Shown here: piece after piece, positions 9,276 through 18,717 of the stretch
Layout of the letters: every line of letters begins with the position of its first letter
Position numbering within the stretch: the stretch's first letter is position 1
Origin: Rickettsiales bacterium
GTDB taxonomy: Bacteria > Pseudomonadota > Alphaproteobacteria > Rickettsiales > UBA8987
Direction: 5' to 3'
Length of the DNA: 64,000 nucleotides
Assembly: GCA_965222525.1 (NCBI GenBank)
Contig: OZ244955.1
Coordinates: 640,140 to 704,139, forward strand
Program-made: the position numbers and the translations under genes
The notes under the pieces: generated by a model
Told to the model about the DNA's origin: nothing
The model's database searches: none
What the model saw: only the letters and a program-made list of their open reading frames with translations

Positions 9276-9467
9276 TTATTTCAGTCCCAGCTGTTTCTTG
9301 ATAGCGTTAACCAAACCTGTTCCCAGTTCCTTTTTGCCATGCATCGGTAGCTGACTCTTTTTTCCATTTTTCGGGTTGATTACGGTCAAATGTCCGCTAC
9401 CTCCCTTATGTGTTTCGAACTCGCACCCCTGCTTTTTAAGCCACCTCTTGAGCTCGTTACTGTTCAT
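9276..9467 (-). CDS. hicA: type II toxin HicA (mRNA interferase)
   Basis: MNSNELKRWLKKQGCEFETHKGGSGHLTVINPKNGKKSQLPMHGKKELGTGLVNAIKKQLGL matches the HicA/YcfA pattern. The start is taken at the internal M at 9467. Confidence 0.8.
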   Translation of the reverse strand: MNSNELKRWLKKQGCEFETHKGGSGHLTVINPKNGKKSQLPMHGKKELGTGLVNAIKKQLGLK

Positions 9468-9565
9468 ATACGGCATTATGCGACATTTCTGTCGCATTGT
9501 CAATTGTATAACATACTCGGTAAAAAAATCTGGCAAAATCCGATTTTAGGCGGTAGGTTGCGGGG

Positions 9566-10549
9566 ATGGTTGAGGATTATTCAAAAGAGCTGGTGGCAAG
9601 GCTTTATCACTCGATGTTACTGATTCGTCGGGTTGAGGAAAAGGTTGCCGAGATATATCATACCGATGTTATAAAAAGTCCTGTGCATCTTTCTATCGGG
9701 CAGGAGGCGGTAGCCAGCGGCGTATGTGATGCGCTGGGGAGGGATGATTTCGTATCCAATACGTATCGCTGTCATGCGACGTATATTGCCAAGGGCGGGG
9801 ATTTAAACGCCATGATGGCCGAGCTTTATGGTAAAAGCGGCGGATGTGCCGGTGGCAAGGCCGGTTCGATGCATCTGATTGATATGACGCACGGGGTTAT
9901 GGGTGCGTCGGCGGTGGTCGGTACTACGATTCCGGTTGCAACCGGTTATGCACTGGCTCTCAGGCGCAAGGCACAGAAAAATAAAAGATCTCTTGGCCAC
10001 CAACCGGTGGTTACCACCATATTCGGTGATGGTGCTACCGAGGAGGGCTGTTTTAGTGAAAGTATCAATTTTGCCGCCCTGCACAAGCTCCCGCAGATAT
10101 TTATCTGTGAGAATAACAAGCTGGCGATACATGAGCCGATAGAAAAGCGCTGGGCTACGGACAGGATATGTGAACGTATGGAAACATACGGGCTCAAAAC
10201 ATACCGCATTACCGATGGTGATGTATTTAAAATCCGTGAAATAACCGCAGAAGCGGCTGAGTTCGCCCGCAATCCTGATAACCCGCCGGTATTTATCGAA
10301 TGTTTCACCTATCGTTATATGGAGCATGTCGGGCCTACAGAGGATCTGAATGAAGCATATCGTGATATGGATGAATATAAAAAATGGCGGGAGAATGACC
10401 AGATAGACCGGTTGGCTGCCATGCTTCCTGCTGCGGACAAGGAGAAAATCGACAAACAGGTTGAAGAGGAAATTGCGGCTGCACAGGATTTTGCCGAATC
10501 CAGCCCGTTCCCATCAGATGAGGAGTTAAAAACATATGTCTATGCTTAA
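9566..10549 (+). CDS. TPP-dependent 2-oxoacid dehydrogenase E1 component, alpha subunit
   Basis: SPVHLSIGQEAVASGV, a TPP-binding region (FGDGATEEGCFSESINFAAL) and a YRYMEH motif. Confidence 0.8.
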   Translation: MVEDYSKELVARLYHSMLLIRRVEEKVAEIYHTDVIKSPVHLSIGQEAVASGVCDALGRDDFVSNTYRCHATYIAKGGDLNAMMAELYGKSGGCAGGKAGSMHLIDMTHGVMGASAVVGTTIPVATGYALALRRKAQKNKRSLGHQPVVTTIFGDGATEEGCFSESINFAALHKLPQIFICENNKLAIHEPIEKRWATDRICERMETYGLKTYRITDGDVFKIREITAEAAEFARNPDNPPVFIECFTYRYMEHVGPTEDLNEAYRDMDEYKKWRENDQIDRLAAMLPAADKEKIDKQVEEEIAAAQDFAESSPFPSDEELKTYVYA

Positions 10550-11681
10550 ACTGGCTGAACGTCCTGCTTCCGGGAGCAATCTGCGACTGACCCGCTATGT
10601 TGATGCGATTGCCGAGGCGACTGCGCAGGAAATGGAGCGCGATGAGAATGTATTTGTGTTCGGTCTGGATGTTGATGACCATAAATCTATACAGGGTTCT
10701 ACTGCGGGTTTACTGGAGCGTTTCGGGGCGGAACGCTGCTTCACCACCCCGCTTTCCGAGGATGCAATGACTGGTGTGGCGATTGGCGCTGCAATGGCCG
10801 GTATGCGCCCGATTCATGTGCATATTCGCATGGATTTCATGCTGCTATGTATGAACCAGCTGGTGAATATAGCGGCCAAGTCGCATTACACCTATAACGG
10901 GGCGGTGAAGGTACCGCTGGTGGTGCGTACGATGATTGGCCGTAGCTGGGGACAGGGTGCACAGCATAGCCAGGCCTTGCATGCGATGTTCATGCATGTG
11001 CCGGGGCTGAAGGTGGTAGCACCTTCCAATGCGCATGATGCCAAGGGTTGCCTGATTGCAGCGATTCATGATGATAATCCGGTGATTTTCATGGAACACC
11101 GCCTGTTATGCAATATGGAAGCCTATATTTCTCCCGAGCCTTATATTGTGGAGCTGGGCAAGGGACGGATTATGCGTGAGGGCGATGACATAACCATTGT
11201 GGCGATTTCGCATATGGCGGTTGAGGCAATGCGTGCGGCGAAACATCTGGAAGGAGCGGGGATTTCGGCAGAGGTAATAGACCCGATTTCGCTGAGGCCG
11301 CTGGATATTGAACTGATTGCTGAATCCGTACGCAAGACCGGACGTTTGCTGGTGGTGGATAATGGCTGGCTGAATTGCGGCGCTTCGGCTGAAATTATAA
11401 CACAGATTATTGAAGCCTTCCCGCAGGGAATTGATGGAAAGCCGGTTGCAGTAAAACGTATGGGCTTTGCCGATACCACCTGCCCGACCACACGCTGTCT
11501 GGAGGATTTATTCTATCCCAATGGCCTGACCATCGCGCAGAATGTTTATGGAATGGTGAGAGGTGGTGTGGGCGATTCCGAAAGTAACAACCCGAACATT
11601 CCTGATATAACCGCTGATATGAGCTGGCTCCCCACCACCAACACCCGCACCGAAATCGACGAATTCAAAGGTCCGTTTTAA
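10536..11681 (+). CDS. 2-oxoacid dehydrogenase E1 component, beta subunit (transketolase-like)
   Basis: CFTTPLSEDAMTGVAIGAAMAGMRPI, SWGQGAQHSQ and a transketolase C-terminal region. It overlaps the alpha subunit gene by 14 nt. No E2 or E3 gene follows. Confidence 0.8.
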   Translation: MSMLKLAERPASGSNLRLTRYVDAIAEATAQEMERDENVFVFGLDVDDHKSIQGSTAGLLERFGAERCFTTPLSEDAMTGVAIGAAMAGMRPIHVHIRMDFMLLCMNQLVNIAAKSHYTYNGAVKVPLVVRTMIGRSWGQGAQHSQALHAMFMHVPGLKVVAPSNAHDAKGCLIAAIHDDNPVIFMEHRLLCNMEAYISPEPYIVELGKGRIMREGDDITIVAISHMAVEAMRAAKHLEGAGISAEVIDPISLRPLDIELIAESVRKTGRLLVVDNGWLNCGASAEIITQIIEAFPQGIDGKPVAVKRMGFADTTCPTTRCLEDLFYPNGLTIAQNVYGMVRGGVGDSESNNPNIPDITADMSWLPTTNTRTEIDEFKGPF

Positions 11682-11695
11682 GCACTCAGATATAT

Positions 11696-13675
11696 TTAGG
11701 CGGCTCTGATGTTTTTCAGGAAGCTGTCGATTTCATTCTTTAAGGTATTGGATTGTTTGGCAAGTTCGTCAACTGCATCATTCATGTTGGTTGCAGCTTC
11801 TCCGGTCTGGCTGGAGGCATCGGAAACGCCCCCTACGGTGGAAGACACCTCGTTTGTACTTTGCGCTGCATGCTGTATGGAACGAGCGATTTCCTGTGTA
11901 GCAGCTCCCTGCTCCTCCATAGCTGTAGAAATCGTTGTGGAAATACTACTCATTTCATCGATAGTTTTTCCTATCTCCTCCAGGGCTTCTGCGGTATTCT
12001 TGGTCTGATTTTGGGTTTCTGCAATATGACCTGCTATTTCCGACGTAGCATTGGCGGTCTGGGTGGCAAGATTCTTGACCTCACTAGCCACCACCGCAAA
12101 GCCTTTACCAGCCTCACCCGCACGTGCAGCTTCAATAGTGGCGTTGAGCGCAAGCAGGTTGATCTGCTCTGCAATGTCATTGATAAGCTCACTGACCTGC
12201 CCGATTTTCTCCGAACTTCCGACAAGACCACCTATAACCTCATTTGCGCTTTTAGCTTTATCCACGGCAGTTTGTGCTATTTCGCTGGAGCGGGATACCT
12301 GCTGGTTTATCTCACCAATAGACGCAGTCAGCTCTTCGGCTGCAGAAGCTACCGTATTAACATTATTGGAAGCGCTATCCGAAGCCGCAGACAACGTTCC
12401 GGCCTGTGATGAGCCTTTTTCCGCTATCGCTGAAAGGTTCCTGGCAGTGGACTGGAGATTCGACGTTGCACTGGAAACACTCTCTATAACACCACCAACC
12501 TTTTCCTCAAGATCCGTAGCCAGGTTTTCCATTGTTTCCCGTTTTTCCTGCTGTGCCCGCTTTTCACTTTCAACTTTTTCCTCTTCCAGTTTCCTGGCCT
12601 GGATGGCATTCTCCTTGAATATCTTTACATTATTGGCCATATCACCGATCTCGTCACCACGTCCCAGACCGGGAATTTCCACGTTCAGGTTGTTATCTGC
12701 CAGCGCATTCATACTTCTGGCTATCTGGGCAATCGGTCTGGAAAATGTCCTTGCAGCAAAAAAAGCTATTATTGCAATAACCGCTATAGCTATGGCCACA
12801 AAGGTAATTACGGTGTTCCGCATTGCCGAAATCGGCTTTTGAACTTCTGCCTCATCGATTTCCGCCAGAACAGCCCATCTCACCCCGTGAAAATCAATCG
12901 GACCATACGCGGAAACCACCGGTATTCCCCTGTAATCGGGAACTATTTGCACCCCTTCTTTTCCGGCTAATGCCAGTCTGACAGTTTCTCCATCCACTTT
13001 TGTCTTCAGTATAGTGGATTCATCTGAAAAACGTGAATCACTGCGCATCAGGAAGTCATCACCGACAAGATAGGTTTCGCCTGATTCACCCATACCGGCA
13101 GCCACCTGCATAACCCCGTTAATCCTGGCTATAGGCATCTGGAACACCAGAACACCCGCAAGCGACCCATCATCGTTGAGAACAGGCTGGGATATAAAAC
13201 TTGCCGCCGCCCCGTGACTTGGAGCATAAGGCCTGAAGTCGAAAAACGACTGGTTATCTATCTGCGGATTATCACGGGCTGCACGAAACGCATTGCCCAG
13301 ATCAGAATTTTTCCATTGTCCGCTATTAAGATTGGTAGCATAATCCAGCTCCTTGAATACCGTATAAACCAGATCTCCGTTGGTGTTAAACAGGAATATG
13401 TCGTAATAGTCCCTCTGCCTCAGGAAATGGCGGAACCACGGGTGATATTGCTTGTGGTACCGGCTATATGACGAACCATCATCCGCATAATCCAGCTCAT
13501 CCTTTGAGCCCGTAGGATGTGGGTTATTGTCTATATAAAGGCTTTGCAATTTTACAGTCTGGTTTTCCTTAAGGTCTTTCCAACCCGCATCAAAATCCTT
13601 TAATGCCTGCCGCACATATTCATTTCTGGAGAGGGAAGATAAATCCTGCTCGATAGAGCCGAGGTAATTTTCCAT
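11696..13675 (-). CDS. methyl-accepting chemotaxis protein (Cache-type sensor, TM, HAMP, MA domain), main reading frame lacking its N-terminal TM
   Basis: The highly conserved signalling hairpin [35 protein letters not shown], a HAMP region ([37 protein letters not shown]) and a periplasmic Cache-like domain. Confidence 0.85.
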   Translation of the reverse strand: MENYLGSIEQDLSSLSRNEYVRQALKDFDAGWKDLKENQTVKLQSLYIDNNPHPTGSKDELDYADDGSSYSRYHKQYHPWFRHFLRQRDYYDIFLFNTNGDLVYTVFKELDYATNLNSGQWKNSDLGNAFRAARDNPQIDNQSFFDFRPYAPSHGAAASFISQPVLNDDGSLAGVLVFQMPIARINGVMQVAAGMGESGETYLVGDDFLMRSDSRFSDESTILKTKVDGETVRLALAGKEGVQIVPDYRGIPVVSAYGPIDFHGVRWAVLAEIDEAEVQKPISAMRNTVITFVAIAIAVIAIIAFFAARTFSRPIAQIARSMNALADNNLNVEIPGLGRGDEIGDMANNVKIFKENAIQARKLEEEKVESEKRAQQEKRETMENLATDLEEKVGGVIESVSSATSNLQSTARNLSAIAEKGSSQAGTLSAASDSASNNVNTVASAAEELTASIGEINQQVSRSSEIAQTAVDKAKSANEVIGGLVGSSEKIGQVSELINDIAEQINLLALNATIEAARAGEAGKGFAVVASEVKNLATQTANATSEIAGHIAETQNQTKNTAEALEEIGKTIDEMSSISTTISTAMEEQGAATQEIARSIQHAAQSTNEVSSTVGGVSDASSQTGEAATNMNDAVDELAKQSNTLKNEIDSFLKNIRAA

Positions 13676-13733
13676 GGCAGCCTTGCGTGATGCCTGTAAT
13701 GCTACCAGCTTTTTCTCCGCAGCAAGATGTACG

Positions 13734-13838
13734 TCACTGGAAGCCTGGTTTACATATTACTCCAGTAACAATTGCTGCCAGAATTGCCATACCTACTATC
13801 AGGATAGGCAATTTTTGTGATATTTTAAGATTTTTCAT
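13734..13838 (-). pseudogene. N-terminal TM segment of the same MCP, encoded in a different frame (frameshift)
   Basis: A GGAGGG Shine-Dalgarno sequence precedes the ATG at 13838, which encodes [34 protein letters not shown]. The main frame is open upstream only to a TAA at 13759-13757 ([32 protein letters not shown]). The frames overlap only within 13734-13757. Confidence 0.7.
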
Positions 13839-13972
13839 CTTACCCTCCGGGATTATGTATATGCGGATTTTTTCACCGGGAAACCCACTCCAGATGGCGC
13901 TAAACCAGAGTATTCCGGTAGGGTCTAGTATTCATTTTGGTGTAAACTGTTTTTCCATAATAACAGTGGTTT

Positions 13973-14926
13973 TTATGCATCAGGATTCTTTCGGGCTGCT
14001 TTCAGTTTTGCGAAATCATCTCCGGCGTGATAGGAGGAGCGGGTGAGGGGTGAGGCGGAAACCACAAGGAACCCCCTGGCATAGGCTATTTCCTCATAGC
14101 TGTGGAATTCATCGGGAGTTACATAGCGGTCAATGGGAGCATGGCGGGGAGTTGGTTGTAAATACTGTCCTATAGTCAGGAAATCCACATCTGCCGAACG
14201 CAAATCATCCATTACCTGATATACTTCTTCCTTTTTCTCTCCCAGACCTACCATAAGGCCGGATTTGGTAAATATCTGCGGGTCAGTCTGCTTTACCCTG
14301 TGCAGCAGGTTAAGCGAATGAAAGTAGCGTGCGCCGGGGCGAATTCGCGGATACAGGCTTGGTACTGTCTCAATATTATGGTTAAATACGTTGGGTTTTG
14401 CCGCCACTACAATCTCCAGCGCTCCCTCCTTGCGTAGAAAATCTGGGGTAAGTACCTCAATTGTCGTATCAGGCGCTGCATGGCGCAAACGCAGTATACA
14501 TTCAGCAAAATGCTGAGCCCCTCCGTCCGGCAAATCATCACGGTCAACCGAGGTAATCACCATATGTTTTAGTCCCAGCTCCTGCGCTGCTTTGGCCAGA
14601 TTTTCCGGTTCATGCGGGTCGAGCTTGTCAGGTTTGCCGGTAGCCACATTACAAAACGCACATGCACGGGTGCATATATCGCCCAGAATCATTACAGTCG
14701 CATGTTTCTGTTCCCAGCACTCACCGATATTGGGGCATGCGGCCTCCTCACACACCGTATGCAGATTATTGTTGCGGATAAGTTCACGGGTTTCATGATA
14801 GGCTTTGGACACCGGCGCTTTCACCCGAATCCAGTCAGGTTTCGGCAGTTTTTCACTCGGCTGGTTATTTGCCTTCTCCGGATGACGCAACTTCCCCGCA
14901 TCAAGATTATGTATTTTGTCGGTCAT
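13973..14926 (-). CDS. lipA: lipoyl synthase
   Basis: [13 protein letters not shown] and [10 protein letters not shown] Fe-S cluster motifs. Full-length radical SAM LipA pattern. Confidence 0.93.
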   Translation of the reverse strand: MTDKIHNLDAGKLRHPEKANNQPSEKLPKPDWIRVKAPVSKAYHETRELIRNNNLHTVCEEAACPNIGECWEQKHATVMILGDICTRACAFCNVATGKPDKLDPHEPENLAKAAQELGLKHMVITSVDRDDLPDGGAQHFAECILRLRHAAPDTTIEVLTPDFLRKEGALEIVVAAKPNVFNHNIETVPSLYPRIRPGARYFHSLNLLHRVKQTDPQIFTKSGLMVGLGEKKEEVYQVMDDLRSADVDFLTIGQYLQPTPRHAPIDRYVTPDEFHSYEEIAYARGFLVVSASPLTRSSYHAGDDFAKLKAARKNPDA

Positions 14927-14999
14927 AGCAGAAATTATAACAAGTTAACATTTACTCAATTAAAAATAATGGCCCTGCAGAAACTTCATGTTGGACTTA

Positions 15000-16229
15000 T
15001 CAGGAGCGGTAGTCGACATTTATCCTGATATAATCATAGGTTAAATCCATAGTCCATACGGTAGCTTCTGCATCTCCGACCCCAACATTAACCGTAATGT
15101 CAATCTCGTCTCCTTTCATATATTCTGCGGCATCAGCCTCGATATAGTCAGGGTGTTTTGCACCATTCTCGGCAATTAAATGCCCTCCTGTCCATATGGA
15201 AGTTTTGTCCCGCATCGCAGGCTCACCGCACTTTCCAATAGCCATGACTATCCGCCCCCAGTTAGGGTCCCCACCAGCCACCGCAGTTTTCACCAGAGGA
15301 GAATTGGCAATCGACATAGCAATTTTATGTGCAGATTGGTAAGTCTCCGCTCCCTTGACATTTACCGTAATGAATTTGGTAATCCCCTCTCCATCACGGG
15401 CAACCAGCTTTGCCAGCTCTATATGAACTTCTCGTAATTTTTCCCTGAAATCAGCCAGTGCAGGTGCATCTATAGAGATAATATCCTCATGTTCCGCCTT
15501 TCCTGTGGCAAATACCAGAATCGTATCGCTGGTGGAAGTATCACTATCCACCGTCATGCAATTATAGGAATATTTCACATCCTCATCGAGTAATTCCTGT
15601 AGAACAACAGACGGAATTTTCGCATCGGTAAAGACATAGCCCAGCATGGTGGCCATATTTGGCGCTATCATACCGGAACCTTTAATAATGCCGTTTATAA
15701 TTATTTCCGTATCGCCGATTTTCGCCTTTCGGGTGATTCCCTTGGGGAAAGTATCGGTAGTCATTATCGCCCTGGCAGCTTCATACCAGTTGTTATCCGC
15801 AAGATTCTGCTGAAGAGCAGGCATGGTAGCCAGCAATTTATCCTCATCAATCAGCTCACCGATAACACCGGTTGAGGACACATATATTTCATTCTGTGTG
15901 CACCCCAGGATTTCTGCAGCCTTGCCGGCAGTGTTTTCGGTTATCTCTATTCCTCTTTGTCCGGTAAATACATTGGCAATGCCGGCATTAACCACCAGTC
16001 CCCTTGCCTTACCTTCCGGCAATATAGACCGGCACCAGTCCACCGGCATCCCACACATGGTGTTTTTGGTAAAAACCCCTGCTACACAACTTCCTTCGGC
16101 CAGTTCCACCAGTATAACATCATCCCTGTCCCTGTATTTCATCCCGCTATGCGCAGCAGCCAGCTTTACACCGGCAACAGCGGGCATATCAGGAAATTCG
16201 GATTTAAGTGGTGATATGTAGTCAACCAT
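15000..16229 (-). CDS. argJ: bifunctional ornithine acetyltransferase / N-acetylglutamate synthase
   Basis: The ATMLGYVFTDA autoprocessing site region, KGSGMIAPNMATML and a conserved C-terminus (YIRINVDYRS). Confidence 0.93.
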   Translation of the reverse strand: MVDYISPLKSEFPDMPAVAGVKLAAAHSGMKYRDRDDVILVELAEGSCVAGVFTKNTMCGMPVDWCRSILPEGKARGLVVNAGIANVFTGQRGIEITENTAGKAAEILGCTQNEIYVSSTGVIGELIDEDKLLATMPALQQNLADNNWYEAARAIMTTDTFPKGITRKAKIGDTEIIINGIIKGSGMIAPNMATMLGYVFTDAKIPSVVLQELLDEDVKYSYNCMTVDSDTSTSDTILVFATGKAEHEDIISIDAPALADFREKLREVHIELAKLVARDGEGITKFITVNVKGAETYQSAHKIAMSIANSPLVKTAVAGGDPNWGRIVMAIGKCGEPAMRDKTSIWTGGHLIAENGAKHPDYIEADAAEYMKGDEIDITVNVGVGDAEATVWTMDLTYDYIRINVDYRS

Positions 16230-16287
16230 AACTGCTTTGCGTTAGTACCCAGTAAAAAAGGACTACATATTTTAATAAATAAAAAAA

Positions 16288-16311
16288 GAGAGGGCATTTG
16301 CCCTCCCTTTT
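16288..16311 (-). terminator. rho-independent terminator downstream of the PG-binding repeat protein gene
   Basis: On the minus strand this reads GAGGGC-AAAT-GCCCTC followed by TCTTTTTTTA. It lies 30 nt downstream of the stop at 16339. Confidence 0.6.
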
Positions 16312-16338
16312 TAACAAAAAATACAGCCTTATCCTTAT

Positions 16339-17775
16339 CTACTGGGCCGTATCGGTTTTTGCGGCATCATCGGTCGTAGAAAGCGCGTCTTCAACCGCTT
16401 CCTTGGCAGATTCGGCTGCATCACCTACAGCATCAGCTGCATCTTTTGCCAGTTCCTTGGTTTTTGCTGCGGCTTTTTTGGCAGTATTCTTGATACTGCT
16501 ACCACCTGCTGCGGGTTTAATTTTGCCGAAATCCTCCTCAGCAGCCCTGGCACGGGAAATAGTATCAGACTTCAGAACAGTAATGCCGAGATGTTTTACT
16601 GTCTCCATAGTCAGATGACCGGTCGCCAGACCTTTTTTCTTCTGATAGGCGGAAACTGCATCCATAGTATCCTGGTCCAGAACGCCATCTGCAGCACCGG
16701 AATAGAAGTTCTCCCTTGCCAAAGCTTTCTGCACATTCTTGATTACATTGGGAGTAGCATTGGTTTCACACAATACAGAACTCCACTCTATGCGGCTCTG
16801 GGTAATCGGAACCCGCTTTTCAACCAGCTCATATTCCGGCTTGATGTTAATGGATTTACGCTGCGGAGGCTGTACCATACGCTTGACCTTCTTGGTTTCA
16901 TAGCGGGCTGGGATCTTGATACGCTCGACCCTTGAAGGCTGGTCAATCACCCGTTTCTCAACGGTTTCATACACAGCTTCCGTTGAAACTTTCTTGGTAG
17001 AAGCCGGCGCACGCAATACACGCTTGGTAACAGTCTTGTATTCCGCAGGAATTTCGACCAGACACATAATTTCACCGGTATCGCTATCCACACGCTCTAC
17101 GGTACCACGGCCTTTTTTCCATACTGTCTGGGCGGGCTTAACCAGCACACTTTCAGAAACAGTTTCATATTCGGCCGGAATACTGATCAGGTTGGACTCA
17201 GGCTCTTTTACCATCACCCTTTCCTTGACGTTTTTATAAGTAGCCGGAATAACTTTCAGCTCCTCACGCGGCTCTTCGACCATTACCTTGACATCCACCC
17301 ATTCATACTTGGCAGGAATGGTTTCATACTCAACACCACCTTTACGGGTTACTACCTTCTCCTTTACAATCTTGTAGGTAGCAGGTGTAGTAACACGGGC
17401 ATAGCATTCACCGGCCTTGGGTGAGGGAGGAAAGTCACCTGCTCCGGCTGCTGGTGCCTGATACGCATACTGCTGAGGTGCAGGCTGTGATTTTTGCTGC
17501 TTCCATGGCTGGGATTCCGACCTTGCTGCCTGCTGTCTGCTGGAAGATGCAGGTTTTGATGCAGTCTTCTCGGAACCGAAAGAAGGTACTTCCAGCCTGC
17601 GCTGATTGATACCGTGCTGTACATTGGTACGATCCTTGGGGTTTAAATAACCCACACTGTCACGCCAGGTTTTCCTTTGCGGGTTGGACCAGTCCGTATC
17701 ATCTGCAAATGCGGTGCCGCTTACTGATGATGCCAGCAACAGGGATATACCGGCAACTTTTATAGATTTATTCAT
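16339..17775 (-). CDS. secreted protein with tandem IPAxYxTV repeats and a peptidoglycan-binding (PG_binding_1-like) domain
   Basis: Signal peptide MNKSIKVAGISLLLASSVSGTAFA (start at 17775). About eight degenerate repeats of about 20 aa (IPAKYEWVDVKV, IPATYKNVKERV, IPAEYETVSESV, IPAEYKTVTKRV, IPARYETKKVKR, KPEYELVEKRV). PG-binding-like IKNVQKALARENFYSGAADGVLDQDTMDAVSAYQKKKGL. Confidence 0.6.
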   Translation of the reverse strand: MNKSIKVAGISLLLASSVSGTAFADDTDWSNPQRKTWRDSVGYLNPKDRTNVQHGINQRRLEVPSFGSEKTASKPASSSRQQAARSESQPWKQQKSQPAPQQYAYQAPAAGAGDFPPSPKAGECYARVTTPATYKIVKEKVVTRKGGVEYETIPAKYEWVDVKVMVEEPREELKVIPATYKNVKERVMVKEPESNLISIPAEYETVSESVLVKPAQTVWKKGRGTVERVDSDTGEIMCLVEIPAEYKTVTKRVLRAPASTKKVSTEAVYETVEKRVIDQPSRVERIKIPARYETKKVKRMVQPPQRKSINIKPEYELVEKRVPITQSRIEWSSVLCETNATPNVIKNVQKALARENFYSGAADGVLDQDTMDAVSAYQKKKGLATGHLTMETVKHLGITVLKSDTISRARAAEEDFGKIKPAAGGSSIKNTAKKAAAKTKELAKDAADAVGDAAESAKEAVEDALSTTDDAAKTDTAQ

Positions 17776-17883
17776 TATTAAAACTCCTCTAGTGGTTAAA
17801 AAAACGGATTGTAACTTATCTGCATAATTTTCAGAATGCAACTATTTATTTGATGTTTTTGCAACAGGTTGTGAGAAATTGTC

Positions 17884-18411
17884 CTACCTGTCAACTTCAC
17901 ACGGAATCGCCGGCCATTTTGCAAGCTGATGCCTGGATTTATCAATTTGCCTATCTGTCAGGCGAGTTTTTATTTTGTTCCGGTAACGCTTTGCATCCTC
18001 ATTACCTTCCTCCACGGCAAGCTGGTAGTAGGTATAGGCCAGCACATCATCACGCGGTATAATGTTGCCCTTCTGCTTATGGGCATTTTCGTACAGTTTG
18101 CCAATTTCCAGCATTGCGTCACGTTGTCCGACATTGGCCGCCTGGCACCACCAGTATAATGCTTTTACCGTATCCCGATAAGGACGCTCGCCGCAGCAAT
18201 AGAGCTTGCCGAGTTTATACTGGGCCTCAGCATCGCGGGCAAATGCCAGCTGTTTCCATATCTGCCGCTTGCCTTCAATACCGGTATATTCTGCCCCCCT
18301 GAACCCCCATTCGATACATGACGTCAGGGCTATAACCATTATAGCCGGTACTGCCAGCCACTTTCCGGCTAATTCTAGGGAGATGTAATTTAAGGGTTTT
18401 CTTGCAGGCAT
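17884..18411 (-). CDS. Sel1-like (TPR-type) repeat protein with an N-terminal TM anchor
   Basis: Sel1-type repeats AEAQYKLGKLYCCG...KALYWWCQAANVGQRDAMLEIGKLYENA...LAYTYYQLAVEEGNEDA. Confidence 0.7.
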   Translation of the reverse strand: MPARKPLNYISLELAGKWLAVPAIMVIALTSCIEWGFRGAEYTGIEGKRQIWKQLAFARDAEAQYKLGKLYCCGERPYRDTVKALYWWCQAANVGQRDAMLEIGKLYENAHKQKGNIIPRDDVLAYTYYQLAVEEGNEDAKRYRNKIKTRLTDRQIDKSRHQLAKWPAIPCEVDR

Positions 18412-18717
18412 GGGTAGGGTATTTTCAGCGTAACTGAAAGCAATTTAATAGGAATTTTTCATAACTGCAATATGTTACGGATAAATTTGCTGAAGCCAAC
18501 AGGCGATATATGGTATAATAACAGTAATTCAACCTGAAATATCTACCTGCCTACTGCTCCCCCGCTTTACAGGGGAGCAGATGAGACAAGGGCTTAAGCC
18601 CGCAGTCGAATCGCGGGGGGTAGTGAGTAAGTGGAAAATAGAAACAGGAATGAGTTAGCTTCTGTTCCAGTTTCTATTTTCCAGTTTCCACACCTCCCGC
18701 CAATTCGCCAAGATGAC

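Noticed and set aside
14941-14975. A partial match (gttaacatttact) to the shared promoter motif TAACATTTCT.
   Set aside because: Only about 9 nt match. It has the opposite strand context and no TGnTATAAT element, so it is probably chance.
18554-18620. A tRNA-like look to consecutive hairpins, including CCCGC-agtcgaatc-GCGGG, which resembles a T-arm.
   Set aside because: The loop sizes are wrong (9 nt). There is no acceptor stem pairing, D-arm or anticodon-arm geometry, and no CCA context.
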